Assembly: GCA_040375445.1 (NCBI GenBank)
Contig: JBEISK010000002.1
Span: 30,459-94,458 of the forward strand
Reading direction: 5' to 3'
Length of the DNA: 64,000 bases
Origin: Gammaproteobacteria bacterium
GTDB lineage: Bacteria; Cyanobacteriota; Vampirovibrionia; Vampirovibrionales; JAJTHC01
Part shown: in pieces, positions 28,901 through 38,435 of the stretch
Layout of the letters: each line of letters starts with the position of its first letter
Numbering within the stretch: position 1 is the first letter of the stretch
Program-made: the position numbers and the translations under genes
The notes under the pieces: model-generated
Database searches by the model: none
Seen by the model: the letters and a program-made list of their open reading frames with translations, nothing else
What the model was told of the DNA's origin: nothing

Positions 28901-29769
28901 GCAAACAAGCTTTGACCCTCGCCTTTTTAAGTGATTACGGCACGAGCGACGCCTATGCAGGCATCTTGCACGCTGTGGCGTTAAGTCGTTTGACGCCTGA
29001 CGCCAAGCAAGTCACGCAACGGCTGGATCTCACCCATGGCATCGCCCCCTTTGATATTCGTGCAGGGGCGTGGAGCCTTTTGCAAGCCCTGCCTTACTTG
29101 CCCCCTCACACGGTGACCGTGGCGGTGGTGGATCCCCAAGTAGGAAGCCCCGAACAAGGCATTGCGTTGGTGTATCGCCCGAGTTTTCAGCAGGTTTTTA
29201 TTGCCCCTGACAACGGTCTTTTGGCATCTTTATTAGCGTGCATCCCCGATGCTGTCGCTATTCGTTTGACCCGTCAAGACGTTCAAGCCTATGCGTGGTT
29301 TTACGCCAGTGCTGAAGAGAAGGCATCCGCTGGCAATACCTTTCATGGTCGGGATATTTACACGCCGCTCGCCTGTGCCGTACTCAATGCGTGGGCGAGA
29401 GGGGAGGCGTTTCCCCTGCTTGGGCAAACAGAGCCTGCTCCCTTACGAGGGGCTTCGCCGTTTCCCCCTTCAGCTCAACGCCACAACAACAGCTTTACGG
29501 CTCACGTTTTACTTAAAGACGGCTACGGTAACGTCATCACCACCCTGCCTTCACATTGGATCGATCCCACCGTCACGCATCTACAGATTACGCATGATGA
29601 TGCGGTGTTGACGCTCCCTATGGTGAGTTTTTACGCCGAAGACAATGGGAATCCGCAAGGGTTTGCCCTGCGTGGGAGCCATGGTTACATCGAACTGGCT
29701 CGTTCGCAAGACGGCTTTTCGAGTTATTTTCATCGGGATGACGAGCTTTCGATTTCTATGCTATATTAA
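28897..29769 (+). CDS. SAM hydroxide adenosyltransferase (DUF62 / fluorinase-like SAM hydrolase)
   Basis: N-terminal LAFLSDYGTSDAYAGILHAV matches the family signature. The start ATG overlaps the miaA stop (ATGA). The ORF-track start 28816 lies inside miaA. Confidence 0.65.
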   Translation: MSKQALTLAFLSDYGTSDAYAGILHAVALSRLTPDAKQVTQRLDLTHGIAPFDIRAGAWSLLQALPYLPPHTVTVAVVDPQVGSPEQGIALVYRPSFQQVFIAPDNGLLASLLACIPDAVAIRLTRQDVQAYAWFYASAEEKASAGNTFHGRDIYTPLACAVLNAWARGEAFPLLGQTEPAPLRGASPFPPSAQRHNNSFTAHVLLKDGYGNVITTLPSHWIDPTVTHLQITHDDAVLTLPMVSFYAEDNGNPQGFALRGSHGYIELARSQDGFSSYFHRDDELSISMLY

Positions 29770-29828
29770 ATAAGATACTTCCCAATACTGTGGAATGGTT
29801 TTCATGCTCCGTTTTTAGCTGGTCGTCG

Positions 29829-29860
29829 TCAGAGACCTTTGCTCCGCCAAAGGTCTCTGA
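29829..29860. promoter_or_regulatory. perfect 12-bp-stem hairpin, a terminator-like structure downstream of the SAM hydrolase gene
   Basis: cagagacctttg-ctccgc-caaaggtctctg. Confidence 0.5.
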
Positions 29861-29878
29861 CACCTCTAAAGGCGGTTC

Positions 29879-29975
29879 AAGGGGGGACGGGGAAGGACGT
29901 ATTGCGTTTCTCCTCCCCTTCGTCCCCCCTTGAAAATCCCCCCTGAAACCCCACCTCGTCGCATCATTCCTTTGC
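29879..29975. repeat. repeat family C, diverged inverted copy
   Basis: The reverse complement (ggggggattttcaagggggg...gaaacgcaatacgtcc) aligns with ggagggggatttgaagaaaccattgcgacatc of the 56953 copy. Confidence 0.4.
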
Positions 29976-30059
29976 ACGACGTCCGCAAAATGTCTCGGAA
30001 GCCTCGCATTTAGTGCTTGGACGCCTGCTCTTCATTAGTCCCTATTTTCACAAGAAAGC

Positions 30060-30956
30060 GTGCTTATGCCCCCCCTCACACTCGGATACCTCGGGCCGAA
30101 AGGCTCCAACTCACACCAAGCCGTCGGCACCGCCCTGTCGCATTGGCAAGCGGTGAAAACGGCTCCTACTGAAGTCGCCTTCCACACTTTGACGCATCTA
30201 CTCGAAGCCCTCCTGGATTCGCAAGTCGACATCGCTATTGTGCCGTATGAAAACGGCTTAGAAGGCACCGTCGTTGAAGTGCTTGAGTTCTTAGGCAACC
30301 CTGCTCACAACGCTTTCGTGCAAGCCGAATTCTTGCAAGTCATCGAACATGCGTTAATGGTACAAACCCCGAGCAGTTCCACTGACTTACACACGATTTA
30401 TTCCCACCAAATGGCGTTGGGGCAGTGCAAGGACTCGCTTCGTAAGCGGTTTGGATCCGCTGTTCAACTCATTCCCACGGCATCCACCGCTGAAGCGGCG
30501 AGACGCCTGTCTGAATTGTCTCCGCAAGACGCTCAAGGCATCGGGGTTTTAGCGACGCAAACGGCGGCGACTTTGCATGGTTTGCACATCATCGACCGCA
30601 ACATTAGCGATGCCTCTCATAACGTCACCCGCTTTTTCATGGTGACGACGTCTCCGCAATGGGATCCAGCCTTCCCACGCTTTAAGCAAGACAATCCGCC
30701 ATTGAAGACGTCCCTGTGTGTGGGTTTGCATGAATACCCAGGGGTCTTGACGGAATACTTGCAAGTGTTTCAGCGGTATTGGGTGAACTTGACGAAAATC
30801 GAATCACGCCCCACTCGTGAGCATTACGGCGATTATCGCTTTTATCTCGACATGGAAGGCGATCTCGCCACCATCGCTGAAGGGCGGATGCTTTCTGAAC
30901 TCAAAGCTCGCAGTCGAAGCTTTCACCAACAAGGGGCGTATCGTTGCTTGGGGTAG
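30060..30956 (+). CDS. pheA: prephenate dehydratase (PDT plus ACT domains)
   Basis: LGYLGPKGSNSHQAV, TRFFMV, and a C-terminal ACT domain (ESRPTREHYGDYRFYLDMEG). Confidence 0.85.
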   Translation: MLMPPLTLGYLGPKGSNSHQAVGTALSHWQAVKTAPTEVAFHTLTHLLEALLDSQVDIAIVPYENGLEGTVVEVLEFLGNPAHNAFVQAEFLQVIEHALMVQTPSSSTDLHTIYSHQMALGQCKDSLRKRFGSAVQLIPTASTAEAARRLSELSPQDAQGIGVLATQTAATLHGLHIIDRNISDASHNVTRFFMVTTSPQWDPAFPRFKQDNPPLKTSLCVGLHEYPGVLTEYLQVFQRYWVNLTKIESRPTREHYGDYRFYLDMEGDLATIAEGRMLSELKARSRSFHQQGAYRCLG

Positions 30957-31089
30957 GGTCACAAATGGTGAAGAAATAGACACGAGGGCCCCGCTCTTAA
31001 GGAGTGCCTTTATGTTAAAGAGGGCTTGCCTTCTTCCCTATTTCCTTTAAACTAGAGAAAACTGAACAGTGTAGAGTGAGGTTGCTTGC

Positions 31090-31279
31090 TTGAAACCCTA
31101 TTACTTAATGGGATTAGACGCCCACGTTGACAGTCGTGGAAGTCTTGTGGCGTTAGAAAAAACCACAACGTTCCCTTTGATATTAAACGGGTTTACTACA
31201 TTTTTGACACGGAAGCAGGTGTGGTAGAGTTTAAGTCCAACCGCAAGGGATCTTTTGTGGGTATTCTACCCACGCTCGT
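31090..31279 (+). pseudogene. decayed fragment of an FdtA/WxcM-like sugar 3,4-ketoisomerase (frameshifted and C-terminally truncated)
   Basis: Frame 1: ...MGLDAHVDSRGSLVALE (FdtA: IIDSRGSLVAIEE). After the A6 run at 31157-31162 the homology continues in frame +2: KNHNVPFDIKRVYYIFDTEAG (FdtA: NKNIPFSIKRVYYIFDTKGE). A stop follows about 25 codons later, before the RGFHAH region. Confidence 0.55.
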
Positions 31280-31383
31280 TGAAGCCTAGTTTTTAAATAA
31301 GCGTTTAGAAAAGACCTCTTTCTCTTTTGAGTAAGGGGTTTTTTAGTGCGTAGACGGTTTTATATCTGCTTTACAAACTAAAA

Positions 31384-31614
31384 ATGAGTAAGTCTAGCAC
31401 TATTTCAGATTTACAGTCGTTTATACCTGTAGTCTTTGGTATATTATTTCTGAATGGAAAGGGTTTTTATGAAAAGGCAGGACCTGCTTTTGTTACTGCT
31501 ATTTTCGTGAATAGTATGTTGGAAGCATTTAACAAGATAGCTATCAAAAAAGAAAAAAGTTCAATTACGTCTGCATTCCAGAATCTTAAAAGGATTACAG
31601 AGGCTTTTAAATAA
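31384..31614 (+). CDS. small hypothetical protein in an AT-rich island (doubtful)
   Basis: 76 aa ORF in a locally AT-rich segment with no homology signal. Confidence 0.2.
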   Translation: MSKSSTISDLQSFIPVVFGILFLNGKGFYEKAGPAFVTAIFVNSMLEAFNKIAIKKEKSSITSAFQNLKRITEAFK

Positions 31615-32728
31615 GACCCTTCTCAATATACCTTAAAATGGCGTGATTCGCTTTCGGGAAAGGCAAGGCTCTCATCTCATCTAAACTTGCCCACTTAAAG
31701 GCTTGAGCCGCCTTGAGTTCCAGTGCATCCAAAGGGCTTACTATCTCCGTATGATACACATGCAAGGTGACCTTTAAATGCGTGTACGCATGATCGATCG
31801 ACAAGGCGTGACGACCCACGTTGACATCCACATTCAGCTCTTCTTTGAGTTCTCGAACGACGGTGGCTTCAAGCGATTCATCCGCTTCTTGCTTGCCACC
31901 AGGGAACTCCCACAAGCTGGCAAGCAAGCCTGTTTCAGGGCGTTGTTGAATGAAATACAGCCCATCGGCATTTTGCATCAACGCTACCCCAATATGTTTA
32001 TGAGGCACGGCTTTCGATGGCGTTTTCACAGGCAAAACGTCTACGGTACCAGCCTTAAAGGCTTGGCACAATTCATGCACAGGGCAAAGCAAGCACTTGG
32101 TCAGCTTTGGCGTACAGATGGTCGCCCCCAATTCCATAATCGCTTGATTGAACACATAGGGAGTTTTGCTGGTGTCGAGCAATTCACTGATCCACGCCCA
32201 ATGCTTTTTTTCAGTGGCTGGCTGGTTAATCGGCGCATCGTGATTCAAGAGCCTTGCCAAAATTCGCTTGACATTGCCGTCCAACAACGGGATGCGTTGT
32301 CCGTAGGCAAAGCTTAAAATAGCCCCCGCCGTATAGCGTCCCACGCCGTTTAGGCTTAAAATCGCCTCTAGGGTATCAGGCACGACACCACCAAAATCAC
32401 GCACCACCACTTGAGCGGCTTGGTGAAGATTTTTCGCTCGCGAATAATAGCCCAAGCCTTCCCACAATTTTAGCACCTCTTCTAAAGATGCCTTTGCTAA
32501 GTCTTCCACAGTGGGAAAACGAGTCAAGAAACGCTCGTAATAGGGCAGTACCGTAACCACTTGCGTTTGTTGCAACATGATTTCAGACACCCAAATGGCA
32601 TACGCATCTTGGGTGTTTCGCCACGGTAAATCACGAGCCTGCTGCAAGTACCATGCTTCTAAAGCAGGTGCAAAATCCGCTTTTAGGTGTTCTGGGGCAG
32701 GCCAAAGATTTTCTTTTATGGCAGGCAT
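31607..32728 (-). CDS. mutY: A/G-specific adenine DNA glycosylase
   Basis: AIWVSEIMLQQTQVVTV, an HhH-GPD domain, Fe-S cluster motif CTPKLTKCLLCPVHELC, and a C-terminal NUDIX-like domain. Confidence 0.85.
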   Translation of the reverse strand: MPAIKENLWPAPEHLKADFAPALEAWYLQQARDLPWRNTQDAYAIWVSEIMLQQTQVVTVLPYYERFLTRFPTVEDLAKASLEEVLKLWEGLGYYSRAKNLHQAAQVVVRDFGGVVPDTLEAILSLNGVGRYTAGAILSFAYGQRIPLLDGNVKRILARLLNHDAPINQPATEKKHWAWISELLDTSKTPYVFNQAIMELGATICTPKLTKCLLCPVHELCQAFKAGTVDVLPVKTPSKAVPHKHIGVALMQNADGLYFIQQRPETGLLASLWEFPGGKQEADESLEATVVRELKEELNVDVNVGRHALSIDHAYTHLKVTLHVYHTEIVSPLDALELKAAQAFKWASLDEMRALPFPKANHAILRYIEKGLI

Positions 32729-34113
32729 TAGCCGTGTGACTCTGCGGTTGAATTTTCTAGGGGATTTTCTACAGCGTCTACAGGTGTCTTAAAGAAAGGG
32801 AGTAAATCTTTAGCGATGATTCGGGTGGAACGCTTGCCTGTGAGGTAATTCACCCACCAGCTAAAGGTCACCACGACTCGGTTGTCATGCTCAACGAGGA
32901 ACATCACATGCACCACCAACCACAAGAACCATGCCATAAAGCCGTCAAACTCTAAGCCTTTGACGCTGGCCACCGCTTTATTATTGCCAATAATCGCCAT
33001 GCTGCCCTTGTCTTCGTAAAGGAATTCAGGCACTTCATAGCCATGCACCTTGGCTTTAAGGACTTTCGCCACATGCAAACCGCCTTGCGTCGCGGCAGGA
33101 GCCACCCCCGGTATGGGATTGCTCGATTCGGTGCCATGCACTTGGTGAGCCAAATCGCCCACAATATAGACATTCGGATATTTTTCAGTGGAAAACTCAG
33201 ACGTGACGATGACTCGTCCCATACGATCGCTTTCGGCACCTGTTTTTTCGGCAATAAGCTTGCCTAAGGGAGAGGCTCCCACGCCTGCCCCCCATAAAAC
33301 GGTGTAGGTGTCGACATGACGCAGGTTGCCGTCACGATCTTTCAAAACAGCGTGCGTATCGGAAAGTTCAGTGACCATGGTTTTGGTCAGCACTTCGATG
33401 TCTAAGGATTCCAACGCTTCTTGAGCAGACGCCGAAAGCACCTCAGAAAAAACAGGCAAGACTCGATCCAGCCCTTCCACCAACATGATTTTAAAGTCGT
33501 TTAAGTTGGCTCGTCTAAACTGTCCTTTTAAGGTACGCTGCACGAGTTCAGCAACAGAACCCGCCAATTCAACCCCTGTAGGGCCTCCACCTACGACGAC
33601 AAAGGTTAAATACGCTTGACGCAAGGCAGGGTCATCCGTACGTTCTGCCATTTCAAAGGCTTTTAAGATTTTTTCACGAATGCCTAAAGCGTCATCGACA
33701 CTTTTTAAACCCGGTGCAAACGCTGCCCATTCATTTCTGCCAAAATAGTGATGCAAGCTCCCTGTGGCAATCACAAGGCTGTCATAATTGAGTTGACCAT
33801 CCGTCAATTGAAGCGTTTGAGCATCAACATCAAAGCCTTTGACTTCTGCCATTAAGACTTCCGTATTTTGTTGCTTACGCAAAACGTAGCGAAAGGGGGA
33901 AGCCACATCCGAAGGAGACAACATGCCTGTTGCCACTTGATACAAAAGCGGTTGAAAGAGGTGGTGATTGCGACGATCCACCAAGGTGACTTTTATTTTA
34001 GGATCGTTAGCAAGGGATTTCACACAGTTTAAGCCAGCGAATCCACCGCCAACAACCACGACGTGATGACGAGAATCTGTGTTTTGAAGGTCTTGCGTAT
34101 AAGTTGTAGTCAT
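32728..34113 (-). CDS. ndh: type II NADH dehydrogenase (NDH-2) with a C-terminal hydrophobic extension
   Basis: HHVVVVGGGFAGL and a second GXGXXG (FVVVGGGPTGVELAG). The likely start is MTTTYTQ at 34113; the ORF-track start 34191 adds a hydrophobic leader. The stop overlaps the mutY start by 1 nt. Confidence 0.8.
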   Translation of the reverse strand: MTTTYTQDLQNTDSRHHVVVVGGGFAGLNCVKSLANDPKIKVTLVDRRNHHLFQPLLYQVATGMLSPSDVASPFRYVLRKQQNTEVLMAEVKGFDVDAQTLQLTDGQLNYDSLVIATGSLHHYFGRNEWAAFAPGLKSVDDALGIREKILKAFEMAERTDDPALRQAYLTFVVVGGGPTGVELAGSVAELVQRTLKGQFRRANLNDFKIMLVEGLDRVLPVFSEVLSASAQEALESLDIEVLTKTMVTELSDTHAVLKDRDGNLRHVDTYTVLWGAGVGASPLGKLIAEKTGAESDRMGRVIVTSEFSTEKYPNVYIVGDLAHQVHGTESSNPIPGVAPAATQGGLHVAKVLKAKVHGYEVPEFLYEDKGSMAIIGNNKAVASVKGLEFDGFMAWFLWLVVHVMFLVEHDNRVVVTFSWWVNYLTGKRSTRIIAKDLLPFFKTPVDAVENPLENSTAESHG

Positions 34114-34273
34114 TGAGTAGGGATGCTCCTTGCCACTAATTTCAAAAAGGTACAGAGAGAATTTTAGCATGAACAAAAAAATCATGAACAAAAAAATAAA
34201 GGAAGCGTCTCTTTATTTTCTTCGTGTTAAAATAAATTCACATAAGTTTAGTTAGACTGAAAGGGTTTTTCTT

Positions 34274-34759
34274 TTGTATCGTCAAATTGCTAAAAGAAAA
34301 CTGTTTCTACGCTTCATTTGCATCGGTTTGCTTGCCACCATAATTGATGGGATTGTATATCACTGGCTAGCGGCTTACTGGCACGAACAAGCGTGGTACG
34401 CTGGCGTTGCCAAAATCCTTTCCTTTGACGACTGGCCTATTATTGCGTCTAAAGCCGTAGCGTTTGAAGTCAGTGTTTTGCTTAATTTTGTGGTTTCGGC
34501 GATATGGAACTTTAAAATCAAGTGGGAAGATTTGCCTTCACGTTTATTGAACTTCTTAAAGCTTTACGCCTTTTCAGGCGTGGTGAATGTGACGTCCAAC
34601 TTTGCTTTATTTCGTTTATTGCTTTTGACGAATTGGGTGCCACCTTCTAAAATCAGTGTGGTGGCGTGGTTATTTGCAACGGCTTTGACGGCAGCCTTAA
34701 ATTATACAGGGCAAACATTTTGGGTTTTTAAGGCGAAACCGATTCCCCCTGTGCTCTAG
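34274..34759 (+). CDS. GtrA-family membrane protein (polysaccharide-synthesis associated)
   Basis: Four-TM small protein with an N-terminal KRKLFLRFICIGLLATIIDG. TTG start. Confidence 0.55.
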   Translation: MYRQIAKRKLFLRFICIGLLATIIDGIVYHWLAAYWHEQAWYAGVAKILSFDDWPIIASKAVAFEVSVLLNFVVSAIWNFKIKWEDLPSRLLNFLKLYAFSGVVNVTSNFALFRLLLLTNWVPPSKISVVAWLFATALTAALNYTGQTFWVFKAKPIPPVL

Positions 34760-34797
34760 GTTTTTTAGTATTATTAGTATAGAAAAGAGCAGAGACG

Positions 34798-36507
34798 ATG
34801 ACTTCTCCCACTTTAGATAAAACACCCACCTCTTCAACATCGTGGCTGAAGGCAAGCATCCTATTTTTTGCAGGATCCGTATTGCTTCGGCTCGTCACCT
34901 TTGGCATGGCTCCCTTGTTTGACACCACCGAATCTCGATACGCCAACATGATCCAGCACTTTTTCTTGCGAAACGATTGGCTCCTGCCGTATAGCCCTAC
35001 GTTTCATCAACCGTTTTTCGGCAAGCCCCCCTTTAGTTTTTGGCTGGGCGGATTAAGTATACTTGGTTTTGGATCTAATGAATGGGCGTTTCGCTTTCCA
35101 AACCTCATTGCGATGCTTTTGGCGTTATGGGCGACGTATCAACTCGCTAAAAAAATGGCGAATCCGCAGGTGGGGATTTTAGCCGTTTTACTCTTGCTTT
35201 CTTGCGGATTTTTCAACGCCATTGGCATGACGGTTTCCATGGATATGTGGGTCTGTGCCAGTGTGATGCTTGCCTTGCTTTCGTTTTTTCACTTACTTGA
35301 AATTAAAGACCTTCCCTTAGACAGCGGCAAAAATGAAGAAAGTTCAACACCTTCAACGCTCACTAATCCTGTATTTTGGCACGTTTTGTTGACGCTTGCC
35401 ATTGCAATGGGCGTAATGACCAAGGGGTTGTTGCCTCTTGTGATGACGCTAACCCCTTTAGGCATTTGGACGGTTTTAGCCCAAGAACTCCCCTCGCTTA
35501 AAAAAGTGGCGTGGCATTGGGTGATTTTAGGCGTTTTGGTGATCTGCGTGCCGTGGTTTTGGCTGGTACAGTCAAAATATCCTGATTTTCTCTACTACTT
35601 TTTTGTGCAAGAACATCTCCTAAGATACATCACGCCAAACTATGGCGACCGCTACGGAAGCGGGCATATACGTCCTTACGGCACGAGCCTCTGGTATTTC
35701 TTGGTGGCACTGTTGCCTTGTTCAGTCATCCCACTTTTTTGGTTGCCGTCTTTTGTGAAAGACGCCCTCAAAACCCCCAAAGAAACGACACAGCTTAGTT
35801 TTCAGCAGGTATCTACATCCTTAAAAACCCATTCTACCACAACCTTTTTATGGGTGTACTTGCTCTTTCCTGCCCTGTTCTTTTCCATTGCGAAGTCTAT
35901 TTTAATGACGTATGTGTTGACGGGGTTGCCTCCTGCTACGATTTTACTGGCTCGCTTTTTGCATCGCAAACTGCGGTGGATTCACGCCAAAACGGCAAGT
36001 TTTTTCGTCGCAGGTTTTGTAACACTCGGTATTGCCGTGTGGTTTGGCGCATGGAGCTTTGATGCCGTGATTCATCAACCACAATTTGGATCCCTTCTCT
36101 TCCCAGACTACCGTAGCATGCGGAGTGTGGTCTACACGCTCAAAAAAGAAAACCCCCACTGGTTAGAACTTCCTGTCGTCGGATGGTTTCATCAAGTGCC
36201 TTTTTCGTGGCTTTGTTACATTCAAGAAGACGAAACCAATCTAGCAAGACGACTCTGGTGGAAAGGAGAAACTTACAGCCCCAAGTTCGTAAGCACTTTT
36301 GAACCCTATGAAATTCAAACAATCGACGCACTAAAATCACAGCCTTTGCCTTTTATGCTGATGAGCTGGGAACGTGATGAAGAACACACCACGTTTTTAA
36401 ACACCCACTGGCCTAAAAATCTAGTGCGGAAAGTCATCCACAAATCAGAAAAAGGTGTTACACTTTATGTGGTGAGTTCTGCTCATGACAATGCCCCCAC
36501 TCAGTAG
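34798..36507 (+). CDS. GT39/ArnT-like polytopic glycosyltransferase (undecaprenyl-phosphate-sugar dependent)
   Basis: More than 10 TM segments and a DTTESRYANM (DExRYA-like) periplasmic-loop motif near the N-terminus. Confidence 0.7.
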   Translation: MTSPTLDKTPTSSTSWLKASILFFAGSVLLRLVTFGMAPLFDTTESRYANMIQHFFLRNDWLLPYSPTFHQPFFGKPPFSFWLGGLSILGFGSNEWAFRFPNLIAMLLALWATYQLAKKMANPQVGILAVLLLLSCGFFNAIGMTVSMDMWVCASVMLALLSFFHLLEIKDLPLDSGKNEESSTPSTLTNPVFWHVLLTLAIAMGVMTKGLLPLVMTLTPLGIWTVLAQELPSLKKVAWHWVILGVLVICVPWFWLVQSKYPDFLYYFFVQEHLLRYITPNYGDRYGSGHIRPYGTSLWYFLVALLPCSVIPLFWLPSFVKDALKTPKETTQLSFQQVSTSLKTHSTTTFLWVYLLFPALFFSIAKSILMTYVLTGLPPATILLARFLHRKLRWIHAKTASFFVAGFVTLGIAVWFGAWSFDAVIHQPQFGSLLFPDYRSMRSVVYTLKKENPHWLELPVVGWFHQVPFSWLCYIQEDETNLARRLWWKGETYSPKFVSTFEPYEIQTIDALKSQPLPFMLMSWERDEEHTTFLNTHWPKNLVRKVIHKSEKGVTLYVVSSAHDNAPTQ

Positions 36508-36521
36508 ATGAGACTTTAACC

Positions 36522-37322
36522 ATGCTTTATTCAACACAAGTCCAAGAAGACCGCTACATTTCCCCCTTTGTAAGTAGCCCTACTTTAGGCGTAAAAGATG
36601 TTTTTTTATCGGTTGTGATTCCTGCGTTTAATGAGGAAGCTCGCTTGCCAAGCACCTTAGAACACCTCTTGCATTACTTTGGTTCACAAGCCTACACGGT
36701 GGAAGTGATCGTGGTGAATGATGGTAGTTTTGACGCCACTGCTGAAATCGTAGAAACCCTTCAAGCTCAAAACCCTTATCTACGCTTGGTGAACTTAGCT
36801 CACAATCAAGGCAAGGGGGCTGCTTTACAAGCAGGCTTTAAGGCTGCCAAAGGTCGCTATGCCTTGATGTATGACGCCGATCGTGCGGTGCCGATCGACA
36901 CGATCGAAGACTGGCTCAATGCCGAAACCCCCGATGCCTTAGAACATATTGTTATTGGCTCTCGTTCTGTAGAAGAAGAGGGTGTGGTGCGTCGCTTTAA
37001 TCCCTTTCGCCGATTGGTCAGCTTGGTGTTTCAAAAGGTATCCCAATGGTTGATTCCTGATATTGAAGACACCCAATGTGGTTTCAAGCTCTTTCCTGCT
37101 CAGGCGTATCGATTATTTGCAGATTTACAGTTTGAAAAAGGCTTTGCTGTCGATTTGGAATATCTGATGATGGCAGAAACGCATGGCTTTTATGTGGAAG
37201 AACGAGGCGTTTCTTGGACGAATATGGAAGGTTCTAAAGTCAATGTATGGGTAGATTCGTGGAAGGTGCTTTTTGCGATGTTTCGGATTAAGTATCGCAC
37301 CTTCAAAGGCTGTTATAATTAA
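36522..37322 (+). CDS. GT2 polyprenol-phosphate glycosyltransferase (ArnC/GtrB/DPM1-like)
   Basis: LSVVIPAFNEE, VIVVNDGSFD, YDADRA motifs. Confidence 0.8.
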   Translation: MLYSTQVQEDRYISPFVSSPTLGVKDVFLSVVIPAFNEEARLPSTLEHLLHYFGSQAYTVEVIVVNDGSFDATAEIVETLQAQNPYLRLVNLAHNQGKGAALQAGFKAAKGRYALMYDADRAVPIDTIEDWLNAETPDALEHIVIGSRSVEEEGVVRRFNPFRRLVSLVFQKVSQWLIPDIEDTQCGFKLFPAQAYRLFADLQFEKGFAVDLEYLMMAETHGFYVEERGVSWTNMEGSKVNVWVDSWKVLFAMFRIKYRTFKGCYN

Positions 37323-37326
37323 GCTT

Positions 37327-38247
37327 CTAACAATGATGAGCATAAAGAGCAAGACTGTACGCACATTGAACGCTCTGATAGACCTCTTGAATTTTAACCG
37401 CCAATGGCGTATCTTCAGCAAAACACAAGGGTAACTGAACTGTCGTTCCATTCAAACGCTCGGAATGAGGAAACAACGCACAAGCGTCCGCCATAAGGGG
37501 TGAATGAAACTGTAGGCTGACTTCAAAATCACTCAAGGGGCGTGCTTGTGTGAAATGTTCTAAGGCTTCTTTGGCTTGCTTGTTTTGAGCTGGACTTCTT
37601 TCGCATAAGGCTTTAAATGCGGTAGCCAAATGGGCTTCTGCCTGAGGCACTCCTTGCACACATTGCCAACCTCTCCCCAACTTAGAAACCACATGAGCTC
37701 CCTGTCCCACGTACAAACAACGTTCTTGTAAGGCATGCAGCTCTTGCCCTAAAAGGTCGTCTCCATAAGTCAGCAATACAGGCACACCAAACCCTAATTC
37801 AGCCAATAAAATACTCAAGCCCGCTTCTCCTAAAGAAATACCATTAAAGCGAATGTCTGCCACATCTTCCGTAAAGGTATGAGCAAGCGGTGCATTTAAA
37901 GAACCTGCCTTGGCGTGATAGCCCAGTAAAACACAGGCGTCAAAGCTGGCGTCTAGTCCTGCCATCATACCGTATCGCTTAGGCTTACCTGAAATCAATT
38001 CAACACAGCTAGGGAGATCGAGATCCGCTAAAAAGAGGTTGGTCATACTCGCATGGGCATCATTAATCACAATACGGTGATTTTCAATATCTGCCACAGC
38101 ATGAAAAAGATGAGATAGGGTTTTCTTAACCTGCTTGAGTGCCACGTTGTAGCCTTGAAAATCTTGAGAACGAGTCGGGAAAGCATGACTCGCATGACTG
38201 AGACCTGAAAAGCCTTCAAAATCCAGCGAAATATAAAGTGAAATCAT
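37327..38247 (-). CDS. M55-family D-aminopeptidase (DppA-like)
   Basis: MISLYISLDFEGFSGL, VINDAHASM, LISGKPK, and LLGYHAKAGS track Bacillus DppA (MKLYMSVDMEGISGL, VNDSHSKM, LISGDVKP, FLGYHARAST). Confidence 0.75.
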   Translation of the reverse strand: MISLYISLDFEGFSGLSHASHAFPTRSQDFQGYNVALKQVKKTLSHLFHAVADIENHRIVINDAHASMTNLFLADLDLPSCVELISGKPKRYGMMAGLDASFDACVLLGYHAKAGSLNAPLAHTFTEDVADIRFNGISLGEAGLSILLAELGFGVPVLLTYGDDLLGQELHALQERCLYVGQGAHVVSKLGRGWQCVQGVPQAEAHLATAFKALCERSPAQNKQAKEALEHFTQARPLSDFEVSLQFHSPLMADACALFPHSERLNGTTVQLPLCFAEDTPLAVKIQEVYQSVQCAYSLALYAHHC

Positions 38248-38435
38248 TGAGCGATGTCCTTTCTCTGTGCCTTCGTTCCCCTAAAGATAGTGGATATATA
38301 AACCCAAATGAACATGAAAGTATGTGAATAACGTTATTATACCACTATATAGGGACGATTCTACCTTTTTTAGGTCATTCGTAAAGAGAGAAGTCGAATC
38401 ACCCAAGCACTATCGTGAAACAGGAGTATTGACAC

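Noticed and set aside
32577-33267. Short ORFs (71-100 aa) on both strands at the mutY/ndh junction
   Set aside because: They overlap the well-supported mutY and ndh coding sequences out of frame.
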